Shown: positions 1 to 9,807 of the stretch, one piece after another
Layout: every line of letters starts with the position of its first letter
How positions within the stretch are numbered: the first letter of the stretch is position 1
NCBI RefSeq assembly: GCF_009914755.1
Contig: NC_060933.1
Direction: 5' to 3' (one strand)
Length of the DNA: 64,000 bases
Origin: the human T2T-CHM13v2.0 reference genome, Homo sapiens
Position numbers and translations under genes: made by a program
The notes under the pieces: model-generated
Seen by the model: the letters and a program-made list of their open reading frames with translations, nothing else
Told to the model about the DNA's origin: nothing
The model's database searches: none

Positions 1-942
1 ATAGAATCAATCCGAATGTAATGGAATGGAATGGAACGGAATGGAATGGAATGGAATGGAATGGAATGGAATGGAATCAACCCGAGTGCAATGGAATGGA
101 GAGGAATGGAATGGAATGGAATGGAAACTACCCGAATGGAATGGAATGTAATGGAGTGTAAGGGAATTGAATAGAATCAATCCGAATGTAATGGAATGGA
201 ATGGAACGGAATGGAATGGAATGGAATGGAATGGAATGGAATCGAATGGAATGGAATGCAATGGAATGGAATCAACCCGAGTGCAATCGAATGGAATCGA
301 ATGGAATGGAATGCAATGGAATGGATTCAACTTGAATGGAATGGAAAGAATGGAATCAACACGAGTGGAATGCCATGGATTGGAATGGAATGGAATGGAA
401 TCAACCCGAGTACAGGGGAATGGAATGGAATGGAATGCAATGGAATGGAATCATCCGTAATGGAATGGAAAGGAATGGAATGGAATGGAATGGAATGCAA
501 TGGAATGGAATGGAATCAACTCGATTGCAATCGAATGGAATGGAATGGAATTAACCCGAATAGAATGGAATGGAATGGAATGGAACGGAACGGAACGGAA
601 CGGAACGGAGTGGAATGGAATGGAATGGAATTGTATGGAATGGAATGGCATGGTACGGAATAGAATGGAATGGAAAGAATTGGAATGGAATGGAATCGAA
701 TGGAATGGAATGGAATGGAATGGAATCAACCCGAGTGCAATGGAATGGAGTGGAATGGAATGGAATGGAATGGAGCAACCCGAATGGAATGGAATGTAAT
801 GGAGAGTAAGGGAGTTGAATAGAATCAATCCGAATGTAATGGAATGAAACGGAATGGAATGGAATGGAATGGAATGGAATGGAATGGAATGGAATGGAAT
901 GCAATGGAATGGAATCAACCCGAGTACAATGGAACGGAATGG
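1..942 (+). repeat. Satellite 3 (HSat3/SatIII) array, G-rich (GGAAT)n strand on +; the array continues beyond the left window edge
   Basis: Continuous GGAAT pentamers with CAACCCGAGT spacers (e.g. AATCAACCCGAGTGCAATCG at 270-289; others near 78, 402, 727, 916). This is the established signature of human satellite 3. Confidence 0.97.
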
Positions 943-950
943 GTTTATTC
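936..950. other. Inversion breakpoint (strand-polarity switch) inside the HSat3 array
   Basis: The sequence reads ...GGAACGGAATGG|GTTTATTCCATTCC...: GGAAT repeats end at 942 and CATTC repeats start at 943, with no inserted spacer. Confidence 0.96.
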
Positions 951-1152
951 CATTCCATTCCATTCCATTCCGGATGATTCCATTCCATTGCATTCCATTC
1001 CATTCCATTCCCCTGCACTCGTGTTGATTCCATTCCCTTCCATTCCATTCCATTCCGTTCCATTCCATTCCATTCCATTCTATTCCGGTTAATTCCATTC
1101 CATTCCATTCCATTCCATTCCATTGCAATCGAGTTGATTGCATTCCATTCCT

Positions 1153-1349
1153 TTCCATTCCATTCCATTGCCTTGCATTCCACTCGGGTTGATTCCATTC
1201 CCTTCTTTCCACTCCATTACATTCCCTTCCATGATTGATTCCATTCCATTCCATTCCATTGCCTTGCATTCCACTCGGGTTGATTCCATTCCCTTCTTTC
1301 CACTCCATTACATTCCCTTCCATGATTGATTCCATTCCATTCCATTCCA
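1153..1349. repeat. 91-bp direct tandem duplication next to the inversion junction
   Basis: GCCTTGCATTCCACTCGGGTTG...CCCTTCTTTCCACTCC...CCCTTCCATGATTGATT starts at 1170 and again at 1261. ATGATTGATT occurs at 1231 and 1322 (offset 91). Confidence 0.9.
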
Positions 1350-2057
1350 GTTCATTCCATTGCAATCCATTCCAATCCATTCCATTCCATTCCATTCCAC
1401 TCGAGTTGACTTCATTCCATTCCTTTCCATTCCATTCCATTCCTTTCCACTCGAGTTGATTCCCTTCCATTCCAATCCATTGCATTCCATTCCATGCCAT
1501 TCCACTCGGGTTGATTCCATTCCTTTGCATTCCATTCCATTCCATTCCATTCCATTCCATTCCATTCCATTCCATTCCGTTGCATTCCATTCCATTACAT
1601 TCGGATTGATTCTATTCAACTCCCTTACTCTCCATTACATTCCATTCCATTCGGATTGTTCCATTCCATTCCATTCCATTCCACTCCATTCCATTGCACT
1701 CGGGTTGATTCCATTCCATTCCATTCCATTCCATTCCGGATGATTCCATTCCATTGCATTCCGTTCCATTACATTCCCCTGCACTCGCGTTGATTCCATT
1801 CCATTCCATTCCTTTCCATTCAATTCCATTCCATTACAATTCGTTCCATTCCATTCTATTCCGTACCATTCCATTCCATTCCATACCATTCCTTTCCATT
1901 CCATTCCATTCCATTCCATTCCGTTCCATTCCGTTCCATTCCATTCAATTCCATTCTATTCGGGTTAATCCCATTCCATTCCATTCCATTCCATTCTATT
2001 CCATTCCATTGCAACCGAGTTGAATCCATTGCATTTCATTCCATTCCATTCCATTCC

Positions 2058-2072
2058 ATTCCGGAAGATTCC
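2058..2072. promoter_or_regulatory. Perfect three-unit heat-shock element motif aTTCc-gGAAg-aTTCc (first of about 45 copies; others e.g. 2911, 3714, 4742, 6485, 10501, 13535, 13640, 14433, 17250, 18088, 29199, 40341, 47282, 63593)
   Basis: ATTCCGGAAGATTCC matches nTTCnnGAAnnTTCn exactly. HSF1 binding to SatIII in nuclear stress bodies is established; occupancy of these particular sites is not shown by the sequence. Confidence 0.6.
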
Positions 2073-3728
2073 ATTCCATTGCATTCCATTCCATGCCATT
2101 CCCCTGCACTCGCGTTGATTCCATTCCATTCCATTCCATTCCATTCCATTCCATTCCATTCCATTCCGTTCCGTTCTGTTCCATTCCATTCCATTCCATT
2201 CCATTCCATTCCGTTCCGTTCCATTCCATTCCATTCCATTCTATTCGGGTTAATTCCACTCCATTCCATTCGATTGCAATCGTGTTGATTCCATTCCATT
2301 CCATTCCATTCCATTCCATTCCATTCCATTCCTTTCCATTCCATTACGGATGATTCCATTCCATTGCATTCCATTCCATTCCATTCCCCTGTAATCGGGT
2401 TGATTCCATTCCTTTGCATTCCAATCCATGCCCTTCCACTCGTGTTGATTCCATTCTTTCCATTCCATTCAAGTTGAATCTTTTCCATTGCATTCCATTC
2501 CATTCGATTCCATTCGATTGCACTCGGGTTGATTCCATTCCATTGCATTCCATTCCATTCCATTCCATTCCATTTCATTCCGTTCCATTCCATTACATTA
2601 CATTCGGATTGATTCTATTCAATTCCCTTACACTCCATTACATTCCATTCCATTCGGGTAGTTTCCATTCCATTCCATTCCATTCCTCTTCATTCCATTG
2701 CACTCGGGTTGATTCCATTCCATTGCATTCCATTCCATTCCATTCCGTTCCATTCCATTCCATTACATTCGGATTGACTCTATTCAACTCCCTTAGTCTC
2801 CATTACATTCCATTCCATTCGGGTTGTTCCATTCCATTCCATTCCGTTCCACTCCATTCCATTGCACTCGGGTTTATTCCATTCCATTCCATTCCATTCC
2901 ATTCCATTCCATTCCGGAAGATTCCATTCCATTGCATTCCATTCCATTCCATTCCCCTGCACTCGCGTTGATTCCATTCCATTCCATTCCATTCCATTCC
3001 ATTCCATTCCATTCCATTCCATTCCTCTCCGTTCCATTCCATAACATTCCATTGCATTCCATTCCATTCAACTCCATTCCAATCCATGCCATTCCACTCG
3101 TGTTGTTTCCATTATTTCCATTCCATTCAAGTTGAATCCATTCCATTGCATTCCATTCCATTCCATTCGCCTGCACTCGCGTTGATTCCATTCCATTCCT
3201 TTCCATTCCATTCTATTCCATTCCGTTCCGTTCCATTCCATTCCATTCCATTCCTTTCCATTCCGTTCCGTTCCATTCCATTCCATTCCATTCCATTCGG
3301 GTTAATTCCATTCCATTCCATTCGATTGCAATCGAGTTGTTTCCATTCCATTCCATTCCATTCCATTCCGTTCCATTCCATTCCATTACATTCGGATTGA
3401 TTCTATTCAATTCCCTTACACTCCATTACATTCCATTCCATTCTTGTAGTTTCCATTCCATTCCATTCCATTCCTCTCCATTCCATTGAACTCGGGTTGA
3501 TTCCATTCCATTGCATTCCATTCCATTCCATTCAATTCCTTTCCGTTCTATTCCATTCCATTACATTCGGATTGATTCTATTCAACTCCCTTACTCTCCA
3601 TTACATTCCATTCCATTCGGGTTGTTCCATTCCATTCCATTCCATTCCACTCCATTCCATTGCACTCGGGTTTATTCCATTCCATTCCATTCCATTCCAT
3701 TCCATTCCATTCCATTCCGGAAGATTCC
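2058..3728. repeat. Two examples of the ~0.8-0.9 kb ordered motif cycle (basic higher-order unit)
   Basis: CCGGAAG anchors at 2058, 2911 and 3714, with a largely shared spacer order between them (the second cycle is partly rearranged). Similar spacings: 17250-18088, 29943-30740-31628, 32447-33290, 42816-43684, 46454-47282. Confidence 0.75.
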
Positions 3729-5786
3729 ATTCCATTGCATTCCATTCCATTCCATTCCCCTGCACTCGCGTTGATTCCATTCCATTCCATTCCATTCCAT
3801 TCCATTCCATTCCATTCCTTTCCGTTCCATTCCATTCCATTCCATTCCATTCCATTCCATTCCGTTCCGTTCCGTTCCGTTCCATTCCATTCCATTCCAT
3901 TCCATTCCATTCCATTCCATTCGGGTTAATTCCAGTCCATTCCATTCGATTGCAATCGAGTTGATTCCATTCCATTCCATTCCATTCCATTCCATTCAAT
4001 TCCATTCCTTTCCATTCCATTACTGATGATTCCATTCCATTGCATTCCATTCCATTCCATTCCCCTGTACTCGGGTTCATTCCATTCCATTCCATTCCAA
4101 TCCATGCCATTCCACTCGTGTTGATTCCATTCTTTCCATTCCATTCAAGTTGAATCCATTCCTTTGCATTCCATTCCATTCCATTCCCCTGCAGTCGGGT
4201 TGATTCCATTCCATTCCATTCCATTCCATTCCATTCCATTCCGTTCCTTTCCATTCCATTCCATTCCTTTCCATTCTATTCAGGTTAATTCCATTCCATT
4301 CCATTCCATTCCAATCCATTCCATTCCAATCGACTTGATTCCATTCCATTCCATTCCATTCCATTCCACTCCATTACAGTCCTTTCCATTCCATTCCACT
4401 CGGGTTGATTCCAATGTATTCTTTCCATTCCGTTCCATTCCATTGCAATCCAGTTGATTCCATTTCTTTGCATTCCATTCCATTCCATTCCATTCCATTC
4501 CATTCGCATTCATTCTATTCAATTCCCTTACCCTCCATTACATTCCATTCCATTCGTGTAGTTTCCATTCCATTCCATTCCTCTCCATTCCATTCCATTC
4601 CATTCCATTCCATTCCATTCCATTCCGGATGATTCCATTCCATTGAATGCCATTGCATTCCATTCCCCTGCACTTGGGTTGATTCCATTCCATTCCATTA
4701 CATTCCTTTCTTTTCCATTCCATTCCATTCCATTCCATTCCATTCCGGAAGATTCCATTCCATTGCATTCCATTCCATTCCATTCCCCTGCACTCGCGTT
4801 GATTCCATTCCATTCCATTCCATTCCATTCCATTCCATTCCATTCCTTTCCGTTCCATTCCATTCCATTCCATTCCATTCCATTCCATTCCGTTCCGTTC
4901 CGTTCCGTTCCATTCCATTCCATTCCATTCCATTCCATTCCATTCCATTCGGGTTAATTCCAGTCCATTCCATTCGATTGCAATCGAGTTGATTCCATTC
5001 CATTCCATTCCATTCCATTCCATTCCATTCCATTCCGGATGATTCCATTCCTTTCCATTCCATTCCATTCCATTCCATTGTACTCGGGTTGATTCCATTC
5101 CATTGCATTCCATTCCATTCCATTCCATTCCATTCCGTTGCATTCCATTCCATTACATTCGGATTGATTCTATTCAACTCCCTTACTCTCCATTACATTC
5201 CATTCCATTCGGGTTGTTCCATTCCATTCCATTCCATTCCACTCCATTCCATTGCACTCGGGTTGATTCCATTCCATTCCATTCCATTCCATTCCATTCC
5301 ATTCCGGATGATTCCATTCCATTGCATTCCGTTCCATTACATTCCCCTGCACTCGCGTTGATTTCATTCCATTCCATTCAATTCCATTCCATTACAATTC
5401 GTTCCATTCCATTCTATTCCGTACCATTCCATTCCATTCCATACCATTCCATTCCATTGCATTCCATTCCTTTCCATTCCGTTCCATTGCATTCTATTCG
5501 GGTTAATTCCATTCCATTCCATTCCATTCCATTCTATTCCATTCCATTGCAATCGAGTTGAATCCATTGCATTTCATTCCATTCCATTCCATTCCATTCC
5601 ATTCCGGAATATTCTATTCCATTGCATTCCATTCCATTCCATTCCCCTGCAGTCGCGTTGATTCCATTCCATTCCATTCCATTCCATTCCATTCCATTCC
5701 GTTCCGTTCCGTTCCGTTCCATTCCATTCCATTCCATTCCATTCCATTCCGTTCCGTTCCATTCCATTCCATTCCATTCTATTCGG

Positions 5787-7859
5787 GTTAATTCCATTCC
5801 ATTCCATTCGATTGCAATCGTGTTGATTCCATTCCATTCCATTCCATTCCATTCCATTCCATTGCATTCCTTTCCATTCCATTACGGATGATTCCATTTC
5901 ATTGCATTCCATTCCATTCCATTCCCCTGTACTCGGGTTGATTCCATTCCATTGCATTCCAATCCATGCCCTTCCAGTCGTGTTGATTCCATTCTTTCCA
6001 TTCCATTCAAGTTGAATCCATTCCATTGCATTCCATTCCATTCGATTCCATTCGATTGCACTCCGGTTGATTCCATTCCATTGCATTCCATTCCTTTCCA
6101 TTCCGTTCCATTCCATTCCATTCCATTCCATTCCGTTCCATTCCATTCCATTACATTCGGATTGATTCTATTCAATTCCCTTACACTCCATTACATTCCA
6201 TTCCATTCGGGTAGTTTCCATTCCATTCCATTCCATTCCTCTCCATTCCATTGCACTCGGGTTGATTCCATTGCATTGCATTCCATTCCATTCCATTCAA
6301 TTCCATTCCGTTCCATTCCATTCCATTACATTCGGATTGATTCTATTCAACTCCCTTACTCTCCATTCCATTCCATTCCATTTCATTCCATTCCATTCCA
6401 TTCCATTCCACTCCATTCCATTGCACTCGGGTTTATTCAATTCCATTCCATTCCATTCCATTCCATTCCATTCCATTCCATTCCATTCCGGAAGATTCCA
6501 TTCCATTGCATTCCATTCCATTCCATTCCATTGCATTCCATTCCATTCCATTCCATTCCCCTGCACTCGCGTTGATTCCATTCCATTCCATTCCATTCCA
6601 TTCCATTCCTTTCCGTTCCATTCTATTCCATTCCATTCGATTGCAATCGAGTTGATTCCATTCCATTCCATTCCATTCCATTCCATTCCTTTCCATTCCA
6701 TTACGGATGATTCCATTCCATTGCATTCCATTCCATTCCATTCCCCTGTACTCGGGTTGATTCCATTCCATTCCATTCCATTCCATTCTATTCCATTCCA
6801 TTCCATTCCATTCCAGAAGTTTCCATTCCATTGCATTCCATTCCATTCCATTCCCCTGCACTCGCGTTGATTCCATTCCATTCCATTCCATTCCATTCCA
6901 TTGCATTCCATTCCGATCCGTTCCATTCCATTCCATTCCATTCCATTCCGTTCCGTTCCATTCCATTCCATTCCATTCCATTCCATTCTATTCGGGTTAA
7001 TTCCATTCCATTCCATTCAATTGCAATCGAGTTGATTCCATTCCATTCCATTCCATTCCATTCCATTCCATTCCATTCCATTCCTTTCCATTACATTACA
7101 GGTGATTCCATTCCATTTCATTCCATTCCATTCCATTCCCCTGTACTCGGGTTGATTCTATTCCATTCCATTCCAATCCATGCCATTCCACTCGTGTTGA
7201 TTCCATTCTTTCCATTCCATTCAAGTTGAATCCATTCCATTGCATTCCATTCCATTCGATTCCATTCGATTGCACTCGGATTGATTCCATGGCATTGCAT
7301 TCCATTCCATTCCATTCCATTCCATTCCTTTCCATTCCATTCCATTCCATTCGGATTCATTCTATTCAATTCCCTTACACTCCATTAGATTCCATTCCAT
7401 TCGTGTAGTTTCCATTCCATTCCATGCCATTCCTCTCCATTCCATTGCACTCGGGTTGATTCCATTCCATTCCATTCCGTTCCATTCCATTCCATTCCAT
7501 TCCGGATGATTCCATTCCATTGAATTCCATTCCATTCCATTCCCCTGCACTTGGGTTGATTCCATTCCATTCCATTCCATTCCTTTCTGTTCCATTCCAC
7601 TCCATTCCATTCCATTCTATTCGTGTTAATTCCGTTCCATTCTATTCCATTCCATTCCATTGAAATCGAGTTGTTTCCATTCCATTCAATTCCATTCCAT
7701 TCCATTCAATTCCATTCGGGATGATTCCATTCCATTTTATTCCATTCCATTCCATTCCACTGCACTCGGGTTGATTCCATTCAATTCCATTCCATTATAT
7801 TCCATTCCATTCCGTTCCATTTCATTCTATTCGGGTTAATTCCATTCCATTCCATTCCA
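5787..7859. repeat. ~2.07 kb block, copy 1 (copy 2 at about 9808-11880, offset ~4021 bp)
   Basis: Shared rare variants: CCTTCCAGTCGTGTTG (5970/9991), CCGATCCG (6913/10929), CCATTAGATTCC (7382/11403), CCATTTTATTCC (7732/11753). ORF-track pairs are offset by 4021. Confidence 0.85.
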
Positions 7860-9807
7860 CTCCATTCCAGTCCTTTCCATTCCATTCCACTCGGGTTGAT
7901 TCCATTCTATTCCTTTCAATTCCATTCCATTCCATTGTAATCGAGTGGATTCCATTCGAGTTCAATCCATTCCATTCCATTCCATTCCATTCCATTCCAT
8001 TCCATTGCACACGGGTTCATTCCATTCCATTACATTCCATTCCATTCCATTCCATTTCATTCCATTCCATTCTATTCCGTACCATTCCATTCCATCCCAT
8101 TCCATTCCGTTCCATTCCATGCCATTACACTCGGGTTGATTCCATTCCTTTCCATTCCATTCTTGTTGAATCCATTCCATTCCATTCCATTCCATTCGAA
8201 TCCATTCCATTGCACTCGGGTTGATTCCATTCCATTCCATTCCATTCCATTTCATTCCATTCCATTCCGTTACATTCGGATTGATTCTATTCAATTCCCT
8301 TACACTCCATTACATTCCATTCCATTCGGGATGTTTCCATTCCATTCCATTCCATTCCACTCCATTCCATTGCATCAGGTTGATTGCATTGCATTCCATT
8401 CCATTCCATTCCGGATGATTCCATTCCATTGCATTCCATTCCATTCCATTCCCCTGCACTCGGGTTGATTCCATTCCATTCCATTCCATTCCATTCCATT
8501 CCTTTCCGTTCCATTCCATTCTATTCCGGTTAATTCCATTCCATTCCATTCGATTCCATTCCATTCCATTCCATTCCATTCCATTGCAGTCGGGTTGATT
8601 CCATTCCATTCCATTCCATTCCATTCCATTCCGTTCCATTCCATTCCATTCCATTCTATTCGGGTTAATTCCATTCCATTCCATTCCATTCCATTCCGTT
8701 CCATTCCATTCCATTCCATTCTATTCGGGTTAATTCCATTCCATTCCATTCCATTCCATTCCATTCCATTCCATTCCATTCCAATAGAGTTGATTTCATT
8801 CCATTCCATTCCATTCCATTCCACTCCATTCCAGTCCTTTCCATTCCATTACACTCGGGTTGATTCCATTCTATTCCTTTCCATTCCATTCCATTCCATT
8901 GCAATCGAGTTGATTCCATTGCTATGCATTCCATTCCATTCCATTCCATTCCGGATGATTCCATTCTATTGCATTCCATTCCATTCCATTCCCCTGCACT
9001 CGGGTTGATTCCATTCCATTCCACTCCATTCCGTTCCATTCCATTGCATTCCATTGTATTCGGGTTAATTCCATTCCATTCCATTCCATTCCATTCCATT
9101 CCATTCCATTCCATTCCATTACAATCGAGTTGATTACATTCCATTCCATTCCATTCCATTCCATTCCAGTCCTTTCCATTCCATTCCACTCGGGTTGATT
9201 CCATTCTATTAGTTTCCATTCCATTCCATTCCCTTCCATTACACTCTGGTTGATTCCATTCCTTTCCATTCCACTCGAATACATTCCCTCCTATTCCACT
9301 CGGAACGATTCCATTCCATTCCATTCCATTCCATTCCATTCCATTCCATTCCATTCCAGTTCGTTCCATTCCATTCTATTCCGTACCATTCCATTCCATT
9401 CCATTCCTTTCCATTCCATTCCTTTCCACTCGTGTTGATTCCATTCCTTTCCATTCCATTCGGTTTGAAGGCATTCCATTCCATTCCATTCCATTCCATT
9501 CCATTCCATTCCATTCCATTCCATTCCATTCCGTTACATTCGGATTGATTCTATTCAATTCCCTTACACTCCATTACATTCCATTCCATTCGGGATGTTT
9601 CCATTCCATTCCATTCCATTCCACTCCATTCCATTGCATCAGGTTGATTGCATTGCATTCCACTCCATTCCATTCCGGATGATTCCATTCCATTGCATTC
9701 CATTCCATTCCATTCCCCTGCACTCGGGTTGATTCCATTCCATTCCATTCCATTCCATTCCATTCCATTCCATTCCGTTCCATTCCATTCCATTCCATTC
9801 TATTCCG

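Noticed and set aside
941-951. Junction explained as 2-bp GG microhomology with the common CTCGGGTTTATTCC spacer
   Set aside because: Possible but less favoured. That spacer is normally followed by CCGGAAG, whereas 943 onward follows the 58595 paralogue (CCGGATG, TATTCCGGTT, GCCTTGC) over hundreds of bases.
451-1590. 379-aa ORF switching from MEWNG to IPFHS sequence, resembling a two-domain protein
   Set aside because: It simply reads through the inversion junction at about 942.
2059-2066. TTCCGGAA as a STAT/GAS element
   Set aside because: The spacing is TTC-N2-GAA rather than the canonical N3 or N4. The HSE reading fits exactly.
9299-9312. CTCGGAACGATTCC as another HSE class
   Set aside because: GAA and TTC are separated by 3 nt and there is no in-phase upstream TTC.
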